Assembly (NCBI RefSeq): GCF_000008665.1
Contig: NC_000917.1
Coordinates: forward strand, 930,001 to 962,000
DNA: 32,000 bases
Direction of reading: 5' to 3'
DNA from: Archaeoglobus fulgidus DSM 4304
GTDB taxonomy: Archaea > Halobacteriota > Archaeoglobi > Archaeoglobales > Archaeoglobaceae
In this document: piece by piece, positions 8,964 through 19,627 of the stretch
Layout of the letters: the number at the start of each line of letters is the position of its first letter
Numbering within the stretch: position 1 is the stretch's first letter
Program-made: the position numbers and the translations under genes
Notes under the pieces: model-generated
Database searches by the model: none
Told to the model about the DNA's origin: nothing
The model's input: the letters and a program-made list of their open reading frames with translations, nothing else

Positions 8964-10062
8964 CGAGTTGCTGAGGGAATTTGAGAGAACTCTTGAGGAA
9001 AGCTACCTGAGCGTCGTGAACATCGCCAGGGCAATAAAGCAGAGGTGGAAAGAGCTTCCGGAGCCTGTGAGATGCAGAATATGCGGTGTGGACGGTAGCA
9101 GAGGGATAGAGAGGCTGAGCGGGCTTGTTTTCTACATCGTCTCAGCCGCTTCCGTCGGAGAGGATATAAGGGAGATGCACGAAGTAACGACTCTAAAGCC
9201 GCACATGCACATCGAGGAGAGGATTAGGCTCCACATGCACACGAGCGAATACAGGCTGGGCAGTGTGGCTGATGAGGAAATCGTGCTGATGGACGGAACG
9301 CTTAGAGGGGCGATAATCAGACCCCCTGCCTACCTAACGAAAGACGTTTACAACGCACTTTCGAAGCTCTACGACTTAGAAGGGGTGATAGAGGACTTCA
9401 TTGAAGTGCTTGAGGAGTGGTACAAGGAGATAACGGAGGATGTAAAGGCCGGTATGGCTAGAAAAAACTATCTGCTAACCAGAAGCGAGTACTTCGACAG
9501 GATTGAGGCGGGATGCAGGAAGGGTGATAACGGGGACAGGGATAACCTCATGATTCTGATGGAGTACATCGAGTACCTGCACGCTCTGGACAAGCTGCTG
9601 CAAAAGGATGCGATTTTTGTGGCAAAGAGCTTCTACACGAGCGAGTTTACCGCGAACTCGTCCATAACGGACTCGGCTGTGCTCGATTATCTTGCAAGAG
9701 AGCAGTTTGGGGAAGAAAAAGCCGGCTTCATTCAGTTCAAGCCAAACCTTCAGAAATCCCTGCCGTGGTACGCGAAGAAGTTTAAAAGGCTGGATAAAGC
9801 TGAAATTTACGGAGCCTTCGTCAGGTTTGCCGATAGTGGGAGCATTTACATGCTCGAATCCACGAAGCCAATCGAAGAGGATACGATTGCGAAGCTCTGC
9901 AACTATGAGGCCGATGGATACCTCATTCCGCTAATCCACGCTCACAGGCATGCGGAGATAAAGAGGAGAGAGCTGAAAACTATAATAAGCGCGATGCTCT
10001 CAGCCACCGACCCCAAGTACGCCTTTCTGCTGAAAAGGGGGAGGGACGTGCTGGAGGGCTGA
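8947..10062 (+). CDS. nurA: NurA 5'-3' nuclease
   Basis: 371-aa ORF overlapping the rad50 end by 17 nt. It has an N-terminal catalytic-Asp context ICGVDGSRG, a later VLMDGTL motif, and fourth position in the herA-mre11-rad50-nurA arrangement typical of thermophilic archaea. Confidence 0.8.
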   Translation: MWRLSDELLREFERTLEESYLSVVNIARAIKQRWKELPEPVRCRICGVDGSRGIERLSGLVFYIVSAASVGEDIREMHEVTTLKPHMHIEERIRLHMHTSEYRLGSVADEEIVLMDGTLRGAIIRPPAYLTKDVYNALSKLYDLEGVIEDFIEVLEEWYKEITEDVKAGMARKNYLLTRSEYFDRIEAGCRKGDNGDRDNLMILMEYIEYLHALDKLLQKDAIFVAKSFYTSEFTANSSITDSAVLDYLAREQFGEEKAGFIQFKPNLQKSLPWYAKKFKRLDKAEIYGAFVRFADSGSIYMLESTKPIEEDTIAKLCNYEADGYLIPLIHAHRHAEIKRRELKTIISAMLSATDPKYAFLLKRGRDVLEG

Positions 10063-10087
10063 GAATTCAGTTAAATAAAATTAAAAA
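10063..10087 (-). terminator. oligo-T tract terminator candidate downstream of MCP-1
   Basis: Minus-sense sequence after the MCP-1 TAG reads TTTTTAATTTTATTTAACTGAATTC (T5, T4, T3 tracts). The plus sense after nurA has no T tract. Confidence 0.35.
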
Positions 10088-12210
<2,123 letters not shown>

Positions 12211-13377
12211 TCAGTTTTGAAATCCGCTATCGGAATAGAGAAGGTCCGCAACGTCAACCTTCCCAACAATTTCCTCGGACTTCGCCCACGACGAATCAAG
12301 GTTCTTGATGATGCCCACGATTCTGTCCACCTGCTGAGTTATCCTCTCCCTCACTTTATCGTCGGATATCATTACTTCGGCAAAAGCCCTGATTGCCGTT
12401 AGCGGGTTCCTGATTCTGTCAACGAGATAGGCGATTACCTTGGTGTTTTCAACCAGCCTCTTTAAGAACTCCTCCCTCCTCAGCTCATCCTCAACCGCTT
12501 TTAGAGCGAACGCCAGGTTTTTCGCAAGAGTTTTGAGTAGTCGTCTCTCAGCGTAATCTGCATTTTTAACGCAGAGGTAGCCGTAACTAATACTATCGAA
12601 CTCAATTTTAAATGCAACACCCTCAGGTCTGTCGAGGACCCTTGCAGAGTAATCTGAGAGTATGCTTTCAACACTTTCTATGAGCTTGCTCTTGCTTCTG
12701 AGTTTAATCATCGCTTCGCTTGCCTCCACAATCCTTTCAAGCAGCCTGTTCAGTCTGTAAAACTCGGTTACATCGTGGGAAATGATAAAGCAAAGCCTTT
12801 CGCCCTCCAACTCAGCAGGAATGCAGTAGCTTACAAGCCTTCTGTCTCCCAGTTCTTCGTCAAACTCAACCACGGTATTCTCCATCAAAGCCAAATTAAC
12901 ATAACTCATTATCCTTTCCGCTCTTTCCTGAGAGAAAAGCTCACTGAGCTTTTTTCCGATGATGTTGAATCCCGCAAATCCTTTCATGGAGAAGTTCGCA
13001 TCCCTCACAACACCATTTAAGTCAACAACCGCTATGGGGGAAGGTGCAGTCTCGAAAATTTTCCTGTAAACTGACTCAACGTCAAACCTTAAGGTGAGCA
13101 CGGCTTTAGAGTCAAGTTTGAACAAATCAGCCTTCAATGCACCTGCCTTGCCCCTGAACCTCACCTCAAAAGTCCCGCGATCTTTCCGAAGTGCCTGCCT
13201 TAAACATCTACCGCTGTTTTCATCCAGAAAATCGAGAATATCTCTTTGCAGACAGTTTTCACCAATAAGCTGCAACGCCTTTGGATTTGCGTAGCGAATT
13301 ACAGTTCCATCAAGTAAAATTATCGGATGAGGGCTCATTTCCGCAAGGGCTTTGAAAAGTCCATAATCTCTGAACAT
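12211..13377 (-). CDS. output-less sensor protein: PAS - PAS - GAF-like - His-less DHp (pseudo-HisKA), no ATPase domain
   Basis: Real start taken as ATG 13377 (MFRDYGLFKALAEMSPHPIILLDG...). PAS-like units: SPHPIILLDGTVIRYANPKA... and ETAPSPIAVVDLNGVVRDANF...HDVTEF. The C-terminal helix YLVDRIRNPLTAIRAFAEVM aligns to histidine-kinase H-boxes (SHELRTPLTAI or HRVKNNL types) with Asp (12418-12420) in the His column. The protein ends about 65 aa later. Confidence 0.6.
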   Translation of the reverse strand: MFRDYGLFKALAEMSPHPIILLDGTVIRYANPKALQLIGENCLQRDILDFLDENSGRCLRQALRKDRGTFEVRFRGKAGALKADLFKLDSKAVLTLRFDVESVYRKIFETAPSPIAVVDLNGVVRDANFSMKGFAGFNIIGKKLSELFSQERAERIMSYVNLALMENTVVEFDEELGDRRLVSYCIPAELEGERLCFIISHDVTEFYRLNRLLERIVEASEAMIKLRSKSKLIESVESILSDYSARVLDRPEGVAFKIEFDSISYGYLCVKNADYAERRLLKTLAKNLAFALKAVEDELRREEFLKRLVENTKVIAYLVDRIRNPLTAIRAFAEVMISDDKVRERITQQVDRIVGIIKNLDSSWAKSEEIVGKVDVADLLYSDSGFQN

Positions 13378-13503
13378 TTGAAGAATAATGGAAAGTGCGC
13401 AAATAAACCTAATCTTCAAAAGTGTAATTATCTTCAATAATTTCAAAGGTGCAATTTCCCATCCAAAAGCATTCTTTTTAAGTTTTGCCGGCAACCGCAC
13501 TTG
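13378..13503. promoter_or_regulatory. divergent promoter region with two TATA-like boxes, each about 26 nt from an ATG (leaderless pair)
   Basis: Minus-sense GTTTATTT (plus 13401-13408) is centred about 27 nt from ATG 13377. Plus-sense TTTTTAAG (13475-13482) is centred about 26 nt from ATG 13504. The region is AT-rich relative to its flanks. Confidence 0.4.
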
Positions 13504-14352
13504 ATGGACGATGCGGAGCTTCGTGCCGTCAGAACTCTCATCTCCCTCACGACGAGATATTTCGCGGTGTTCAAAAATGCCCCGGTGATAATGGCCGTAA
13601 TTGATGATAACGGCAAGGTGGTGGATGCAAACAACGCCGCTGCTGAGCTAATAGGGGAGAAACCTTCTGGAAAGCACCTACGCGAACTTTTACCTGCCGA
13701 ACTCTGCGAGAAGGTTTTATCGACACTCGAAAAGGCGCTGGAGGAGGAGAAAAAAGCAAATCTGAGGGCTAAAGTAAGCGGAAAGCTGCTAAGAGTGCAG
13801 CTTACCCCTATCTCAGCTGATGGAAGAAAGCTGTGCCTTCTAACCGGGTTCAGCGTTGAAGATGAGCTTTCCAAAGCCGCTCGCGAAATCCTGAGACTCG
13901 CAGCACGTGCGGGTGATGCTGAGACGGTAATAAAGGGGATGGCCAAAAAATTCGGTGAACTTGAGCTGTTTTCTCAGGTAAAGGTGGAGCTCGACGGGCT
14001 GCGGGAGGTGGTGAGAGAAAAAGATGGCGAGTTCGTTTACGAGTTCCCCTTAAGGATGCACCGTAAAAAGGGACGGGTAACGCTTGAAAGCAGGAAAGAG
14101 CTATCATCCGAGGAAATTGACATGCTGGCAGAGACGTTCGAAGACGTCTCAATCCTCATCTCAACGCTGGAGCTTGAAAGCAAACTTTCGGCAGAGGTTC
14201 GCAGGACAGTTGAGCTGATAAATGAGCTGAGAGAGCAGTTGAAAGCCGTCACACTCTCCCTCGAAATTCTCGAAAATGATGGTCTGAAGAGCATTGTAAA
14301 GGAGCGGTTGGGAAAAATGCTCCAGGTTGCGGAGAGGTTGGCGGGAGAGTGA
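13504..14352 (+). CDS. output-less sensor protein: PAS - GAF-like - His-less DHp-like helix
   Basis: PAS-like N-terminus FKNAPVIMAVIDDNGKVVDANNAAAELIGEKP. The C-terminal helix LINELREQLKAVTLSLEIL aligns to the H-box SHELRTPLTAIxGxxELL with Asn (14221-14223) in the His column. There is no ATPase domain. The track start TTG 13501 is immediately followed by ATG 13504. Confidence 0.55.
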   Translation: MDDAELRAVRTLISLTTRYFAVFKNAPVIMAVIDDNGKVVDANNAAAELIGEKPSGKHLRELLPAELCEKVLSTLEKALEEEKKANLRAKVSGKLLRVQLTPISADGRKLCLLTGFSVEDELSKAAREILRLAARAGDAETVIKGMAKKFGELELFSQVKVELDGLREVVREKDGEFVYEFPLRMHRKKGRVTLESRKELSSEEIDMLAETFEDVSILISTLELESKLSAEVRRTVELINELREQLKAVTLSLEILENDGLKSIVKERLGKMLQVAERLAGE

Positions 14353-14368
14353 GAGGTATTGAAGACTG

Positions 14369-15181
14369 CTATTTCAACCTTACTTTTCTGTAAACCTTCT
14401 CCCTCAAATTCACGCACTCAAACCTGTCCTTGAATCCCGGAGGCAAAGTCTCGCTCCGCCCGATGACGAGGTAGCCTCCATCAACGAGGGCGTTGTAAAA
14501 GTCGTTCACAACCTTTGCCTTCTGCTGCTCGCTGAAGTATATCATCACGTTCCTGCAGAAAACTATGTCCAGAAACCTCGAAATGGGCTCTTCCGTAGTA
14601 AGGTCGTGCTTTTTGAATCTCACAATTTTTTTCAGGAAGCTCTTCACCCTGTATCCATCATCCTCCTTGTCGAAGTACTTTGCAATAAGCGCTTTGCTTA
14701 GGTTTTTTAGCTGCGTTGGCTTGTAAAATCCCTCTCTCGCCATCTCAAGGCACGCATCGTCTATGTCGGTTGCGTAAATAGAGATTAACCACCCCTCACC
14801 GAGCGTTTCGAGTATTGATATGGCTATGCTGTACGGCTCTTCACCGCAGGAGCAGCCGGCACTCCACGCTCTCACAACCCTGCTGTTCACCCTGCTTTTT
14901 TTAGCCGCTATCTCAGGCAGCACCTCCTTCATGAGAAACTCGAAGGGGGTTTTGTCCCTCATGAACTCCGTGACGTTAATTGTAATGGTGTTTATCAGCT
15001 TCTCAACCTCCTCCTTTCCGTTGGACTTTAAAAGCCTTAGGTACTCTCCGAAGTCTTTCACTCCGAGCATCTTCATTCTCAGCTCGATACGTCTCCTGAG
15101 GTAGCTCTCCCTGTACTGGTGGAGGTTTATTCCCGACTCCTTGCTTACGTAATCAACAAGCGTTTTAAAGGCTAAATCCAC
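14369..15181 (-). CDS. cheR: chemotaxis protein methyltransferase CheR
   Basis: 270 aa with the SAM-binding motif VRAWSAGCSCGEEPYSIA and downstream FCRNVMIYF. Last gene of the che operon. Confidence 0.92.
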   Translation of the reverse strand: MDLAFKTLVDYVSKESGINLHQYRESYLRRRIELRMKMLGVKDFGEYLRLLKSNGKEEVEKLINTITINVTEFMRDKTPFEFLMKEVLPEIAAKKSRVNSRVVRAWSAGCSCGEEPYSIAISILETLGEGWLISIYATDIDDACLEMAREGFYKPTQLKNLSKALIAKYFDKEDDGYRVKSFLKKIVRFKKHDLTTEEPISRFLDIVFCRNVMIYFSEQQKAKVVNDFYNALVDGGYLVIGRSETLPPGFKDRFECVNLREKVYRKVRLK

Positions 15182-15645
15182 AACTCTCCACCCCTGCTGT
15201 ATTTGACCAGCATCCTTCCATCATTTGTAAAAAAATAGACGGTTCTCCCCTCGTCACCCCCCAAATCTTCCGACACAATCCTGATGCCGTAATCCCTCAG
15301 TATCGTCCTGATGGCTTCAGCGTTCCTGTCGCCGATTCTGAGCATGTCCATCGTCATGTGCTTGAAAATCTGCGCACCTCCTGCCATCTTCGCAACTATC
15401 CTTTTCCTGTCACTTCCCAGCCTTTCCATCGCTTCGGTCATCATTTCCACCGCATGGTCTGCGTACTTGGCACTCCTCTTGGTGCCGTTGCCCGACTGCG
15501 GGAGCATTACGTGAGCCAGACCACCCAGCCTCAGCTTTGGGTCGTACAGCGCAATGCCTACGCAGGAGCCCAATCCAATTGTTTTCAGCACCGCACCCTT
15601 GGCTACCCTGAACTCCCCTATGCCCACCAGTATCTCGCTGCCCAT
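15172..15645 (-). CDS. cheD: chemoreceptor glutamine deamidase CheD
   Basis: 157 aa with the catalytic Cys context GLGSCVGIALYD and His context GLAHVMLP. One-nt TAATG overlap with the cheC stop and a 10-nt overlap with the cheR start. Confidence 0.9.
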   Translation of the reverse strand: MGSEILVGIGEFRVAKGAVLKTIGLGSCVGIALYDPKLRLGGLAHVMLPQSGNGTKRSAKYADHAVEMMTEAMERLGSDRKRIVAKMAGGAQIFKHMTMDMLRIGDRNAEAIRTILRDYGIRIVSEDLGGDEGRTVYFFTNDGRMLVKYSRGGELWI

Positions 15646-16226
15646 TATTCCACCATTCCGAGAAGCTTCAGTATGTAGCTGACAAACTTCTCATTCGGTA
15701 TGAGCATCACCAGCGCTTCTATCTCGTTTTCGCTTTCCTCCAGCTTCGTCTCGAAAATCACCACATAATCGCTTTTCTCCGCCAGCTGTGAAACCACCGC
15801 ATCTATTACGGCGATGGCAAAATCCCTTCCGAAGCTCGGTGGAGTGGGAAGCAGAACAATTCCCAGCATCTCTGCTGCAGCATCGCAGAAGGAAGATGAA
15901 AGGATGTTACCAATCTCCATCAGCGTTGAATCGACCATCTCCTCGTCGCTGCTGTCACCGAGCAGAATTTCAGCAAGTTTTTTGGATGACTTCTCCGGAA
16001 ATGTTATGTAAAGGAACCCTGAATGCCCGTTCTCAATATCCTCAAGGCCTGTAACAACCCCAGCCACCATCTCCTCAGCATTTATGTACTTGTGAAGCTC
16101 AGGTATTTTCACTATCACCGCCTCAGGCACGCTCATCTCTATCCTTCTGCCGAGCATCTGGGACAGAGAAGTGGCAGCCTTCCCCACGCCGATGTTCCCC
16201 AACTCCTTCAAAGCATCAAGCTCCAT
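15645..16226 (-). CDS. cheC: CheY-P phosphatase CheC
   Basis: Both CheC active-site motifs are intact by direct count. First: D-ALK-E-LG-N-x22-P. Second: S-TLM-E-IG-N-x22-P. Start taken at ATG 16226 (MELDALKELGNIGVGKAA), 19 nt after the cheA stop; the track start 16298 would overlap cheA by 53 nt. Confidence 0.88.
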   Translation of the reverse strand: MELDALKELGNIGVGKAATSLSQMLGRRIEMSVPEAVIVKIPELHKYINAEEMVAGVVTGLEDIENGHSGFLYITFPEKSSKKLAEILLGDSSDEEMVDSTLMEIGNILSSSFCDAAAEMLGIVLLPTPPSFGRDFAIAVIDAVVSQLAEKSDYVVIFETKLEESENEIEALVMLIPNEKFVSYILKLLGMVE

Positions 16227-16245
16227 CTCACCAAAATCCTCAATG

Positions 16246-18216
16246 CTATGCAAGCCTATCACCTCCCAACAAACTTGACACGTCAAGAATCGGCACAACT
16301 CTCCCGTCCCCCAAAATCGTAACTCCGCTAAACCCCTTTATCTTGGCCAGATACCCCGTCAGGGGCTTTATAACTATCTCCTGCTGCTCCGCTATGGTGT
16401 CTGCAATCAGGGCGTACTTCTCGCCCTCCTTCTCAACGATAATACCAACTTCCCTCTCAGGCCTCCCATTCCTCACGTTAAACAGCTCCCTCAGCTTGAA
16501 GGCCGGAACGAGCTTTCCACGGACGATCAAAAACGGGTTGCCGTGTATAACCTTCCAGTTATCCTCTCCGACGTACAAAGCCTCTACTACGCTTGAAATC
16601 GGTATTGCGTACGTTTCGTTTGCCACCTTCACAAGCAGGGACTTCACGATCGCGACTGTTGGCGGGAGATGTATTCTGATCCTCGTCCCATTCCCCTTCT
16701 CCGAAGATATCCTCACACTGCCGCCAAGCCTCTCAACGGTTGTTTTTACAACATCCATCCCCACGCCCCTTCCGGAAACCTCAGTTGCCTCATCCTTGGT
16801 CGAGAATCCAGGAGAGAAGATGAGCATCTTAATCTCGTCCTCGCTCATCGAGTCTGCTTCGGCAGGAGAGACTATCCCCTTCTCAATTGCCTTCTGCTTA
16901 ATCTTCTCAACGTCAAGCCCTCTGCCGTCATCCTCAAGCTCGATAATGATGTTGTTCTTCTCCCTCCAGGCAGCGAGCTTAATTCTTCCCACTTCATCCT
17001 TCCCTGCAGCCACCCTTTCTTCCGGAGTTTCAATGCCGTGGTCAACGGCGTTCCTGACAAGGTGAACCAGCGGGTCGCTAATCTCATCGAGAACTGTTCT
17101 GTCAAGCTCCGTCTCAAGCCCCTCCATAGTGAAGTCAATCTTCTTGCCGAGCTTTCTCGCCAAGTCTCTGACCATCCTCGGGAACTTGCTGAAAACCCTC
17201 TCAACTCTCACCATCCTTATCTGCATTATCTCGTCCTGAAGGCTCGTTATGGACTTATCCATAATTGCAACGGCTTCCTTCAGCTCAGGAATGTCGTACT
17301 CGCTTGCAATCTGCAATAGCCTTCCCTTGCTTATCACAAGCTCCCCGACGAGGTTCATTATCGTGTCAAGCTGCGATATGTTCACCCTTATGCTTTCGAG
17401 CTTTTTCTTATCCTTCCTGCCGGGATCCACTCTCTTCTCCGTCTTCTCAACTTTCGCTTCGGTTTCAGCCCTTGCAGCACCTTCCGCTTTTTCCTCAGCT
17501 TCCTCCTCGCTAACAGCCTGTCCCATCTCTACTGTTTCACCGTCAACGGGGCTAACTTCAAACCTGTCAATCTCCGCAATCTTGCTGATAGTATCTTCTA
17601 CAACCGAAGCGTCAGGAGCGTTTAGGTAAACAACGAAATGACCGTCGAAGGTTTCCTTCTCCATATCGCTCTCGTCGGGGATTACTCCAACAACTTCGGC
17701 AACCTCGCTGAGAGCTTCAACAACGAGTGCTGCCCTAACGCTCTTCATCACGCAATCTTCGCTGATGTAAACATCAACCCTGAGGTTTGCAGTTGCAGGT
17801 TTAAGCTCATGCCTGTCAGCAACTTCCTCCTCTTCCCTGCTCTCCATAAACATCGTGAGAGCTTCAATAATGTCCCTAACATCAACGCTGTCGCTATCTT
17901 CATCCTCAATTCTGTCTATCATCTCCCCTATTGCGTCCACAGCCTTCAGCATTACGTCGATGAGCTCTTCTGTAACCTCTATCTCCCCATCCCTCACTTT
18001 CCCCATCGCACTCTCGAGCTTGTGGCAGAGTTCCTCAAGATTCTTGTAGCCCATGAAACCTGCCATTCCCTTAATCGTGTGGGCCACTCTGAAAATCTCG
18101 TTAATTGCATCAACGTCCCCTTTCTCAACCTTTATGAAGTTCTGATTCATCACGTCAAGGTACTCTCTGGCCTCCTGTATGAACTCCTGCTTGTACTCCT
18201 CCATTTCATCGCTCAT
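16246..18216 (-). CDS. cheA: chemotaxis histidine kinase CheA
   Basis: 656 aa. Hpt P1 with HTIKGMAGFMG, a P2-like domain, a dimerisation domain, an HATPase region (HLVRNAVDHGIE, DDGRGLD, GRGVGMDVV) and a C-terminal CheW-like P5 domain. Confidence 0.95.
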   Translation of the reverse strand: MSDEMEEYKQEFIQEAREYLDVMNQNFIKVEKGDVDAINEIFRVAHTIKGMAGFMGYKNLEELCHKLESAMGKVRDGEIEVTEELIDVMLKAVDAIGEMIDRIEDEDSDSVDVRDIIEALTMFMESREEEEVADRHELKPATANLRVDVYISEDCVMKSVRAALVVEALSEVAEVVGVIPDESDMEKETFDGHFVVYLNAPDASVVEDTISKIAEIDRFEVSPVDGETVEMGQAVSEEEAEEKAEGAARAETEAKVEKTEKRVDPGRKDKKKLESIRVNISQLDTIMNLVGELVISKGRLLQIASEYDIPELKEAVAIMDKSITSLQDEIMQIRMVRVERVFSKFPRMVRDLARKLGKKIDFTMEGLETELDRTVLDEISDPLVHLVRNAVDHGIETPEERVAAGKDEVGRIKLAAWREKNNIIIELEDDGRGLDVEKIKQKAIEKGIVSPAEADSMSEDEIKMLIFSPGFSTKDEATEVSGRGVGMDVVKTTVERLGGSVRISSEKGNGTRIRIHLPPTVAIVKSLLVKVANETYAIPISSVVEALYVGEDNWKVIHGNPFLIVRGKLVPAFKLRELFNVRNGRPEREVGIIVEKEGEKYALIADTIAEQQEIVIKPLTGYLAKIKGFSGVTILGDGRVVPILDVSSLLGGDRLA

Positions 18217-19255
18217 TAAGCTTCACCTCCAAAAACCGGACTATCTCCTCGGCAATCTCAAAAACGGGCTTTACCGAAGTTATTCCGCCAAGCTCAATTG
18301 CCGCCTTCGGCATGCCGAAGACCATGCACGTATCCTCGCTGCTGGCTATCGTTAACCCTCCCCTGTCCTTTATCAGCTTCATCCCGTAAGCCCCATCTTC
18401 ACCCATTCCAGTCAGAATGGCCCCAACAACGTTTCCTCCGTAAGCCTGCACTACCGAGTCAGCCGTGACATCAACAGACGGCTTTACTGCATTCACAGGC
18501 TCTCCGTCAACCACCTTTATTCTGACAACATTCGCTGCCCTCCTGACCTTCATGTGGTAGCCGCCAGGGGCAACGTAAACCACTCCATCCTTAACGCGCT
18601 CGTTGTTCTCAGCCTCCTTCACTTCCACCTCCGAGATGGAGTTGAGCCTCTCCGCCAGCTGCTTTGTGAAGCCGGGAGGCATGTGCTGCACCACAAAAAC
18701 TGGGGCGGGGATGTCAGCAGGAAGTCTCGGGATTATCATCTCCAGCGCTGACGGTCCACCTGTAGAGGAACCAATTAAGACGCACACGTCCTTTGTTTTT
18801 CCCTTCCAGTTACCTCTAACAACCTCCCCCTTAATTTTCTTGAGATTTTGGAGTCTGAGGACGTTCAGCGATGTTGAGGCAGCCATCTGCACCTTCCTGA
18901 CTAGTTCCTGGGCTACAGAGGAGAGATCGACGAGTGCCCCATCAGGTTTTGTTACAAAGTCAACTGCACCTATCTTTAAAGCCTCCAGAGTCTCTCTCGC
19001 CCCCTCCTTGGTGAGGGAGCTGAGCATCACGACCGGAGTCGGCTGTTTTTCCATTATCAGCTTCAGCGCTGTCAGCCCATCCATTTCTGGCATGTTGATG
19101 TCGAGGGTAATCACATCTGGCTTGAGCTTGAGGGCCTTTTCAACAGCCTCCCTACCATTCTTCGCCGTGTCAACTACCTCTATTCCTGCCTTGGTAAGTA
19201 TGTCGGTCACGGCCATCCTGACGAGGGCGGAGTCGTCAACAACAAGCACCCTCAT
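18206..19255 (-). CDS. cheB: protein-glutamate methylesterase/deamidase CheB
   Basis: 349 aa. Receiver domain (VLVVDDS...DVITLDINMPEMDG) plus methylesterase domain (IGSSTGGP, VQHMPPGFT, MGEDGA). 11-nt overlap with the cheA start. Confidence 0.95.
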   Translation of the reverse strand: MRVLVVDDSALVRMAVTDILTKAGIEVVDTAKNGREAVEKALKLKPDVITLDINMPEMDGLTALKLIMEKQPTPVVMLSSLTKEGARETLEALKIGAVDFVTKPDGALVDLSSVAQELVRKVQMAASTSLNVLRLQNLKKIKGEVVRGNWKGKTKDVCVLIGSSTGGPSALEMIIPRLPADIPAPVFVVQHMPPGFTKQLAERLNSISEVEVKEAENNERVKDGVVYVAPGGYHMKVRRAANVVRIKVVDGEPVNAVKPSVDVTADSVVQAYGGNVVGAILTGMGEDGAYGMKLIKDRGGLTIASSEDTCMVFGMPKAAIELGGITSVKPVFEIAEEIVRFLEVKLNER

Positions 19256-19257
19256 GC

Positions 19258-19623
19258 TCAGCCCATTCCGGCAACCTTCTTCAGCTCCTCAATCACCTTG
19301 GGAGCCTGGAAGGGCTTGACGATGTATCCCTTCGCCCCAAGTTTTATCGCTGCCTTCACCATCTGCTCCTGCCCAACGGCGGTGCACATCACCACCTTCG
19401 CGCTTGGGTCAATCTTCTTAATTGCCTTAAGCGCTTCAATGCCGTTCATTTCCGGCATCACGATGTCCATGGTGACTATATCGGGTTTGAGCTGCTTGTA
19501 CATCTCTACCGCCTGCTTTCCGTTCTCAGCCTCTCCGGCAATGTCAAAACCTCCTGAGAACAGTATGTTCCTCAGGAGCTTTCTCATAAACGCCGTATCA
19601 TCCACAATCAACACCTTCGGCAT
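19258..19623 (-). CDS. cheY: chemotaxis response regulator CheY
   Basis: 121-aa single receiver domain: VLIVDDTAFMR, the phospho-Asp context IVTMDIVMPEMNG, and the conserved T and K (MCTAVG, YIVKPF). Confidence 0.93.
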   Translation of the reverse strand: MPKVLIVDDTAFMRKLLRNILFSGGFDIAGEAENGKQAVEMYKQLKPDIVTMDIVMPEMNGIEALKAIKKIDPSAKVVMCTAVGQEQMVKAAIKLGAKGYIVKPFQAPKVIEELKKVAGMG

Positions 19624-19627
19624 ACCA

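Noticed and set aside
3395-10062. HerA plus NurA as a possible anti-phage defence module
   Set aside because: HerA and NurA here flank canonical Mre11 and Rad50 with coupled start/stop codons, the classical archaeal end-resection operon. No Sir2, DUF4297, nuclease-toxin or other defence-associated partner is present.
13415-13430. 16-nt motif TTCAAAAGTGTAATTA, repeated 15/16 at 23525-23540 (TTCAGAAGTGTAATTA), both in AT-rich spacers near pseudo-HisKA/MCP genes
   Set aside because: A rough expectation for 15/16 matches in all-against-all comparison of a 32-kb AT-patchy window is not negligible. The two copies sit in different positions relative to their genes: one upstream of a sensor gene, the other overlapping a stop codon. 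It is worth a motif search across the genome but is not supportable as an operator from this window alone.
13378-13500. 41-codon N-terminal extension of the 12211-13500 ORF (MRLPAKLKKNAFGWEIAPLKLLKIITLLKIRFICALSIILQ)
   Set aside because: It reads through the AT-rich divergent promoter region and would abut the neighbouring divergent gene with zero promoter space. It has odd composition. An internal ATG at 13377 with a correctly spaced TATA-like box gives a sensible PAS N-terminus.
16343-19319. Plus-strand ORFs of 126-240 aa opposite cheA and cheB
   Set aside because: They are antisense to genes with complete catalytic motifs, are S/L/F/P-rich low-complexity sequences, and lack ribosome-binding sites.
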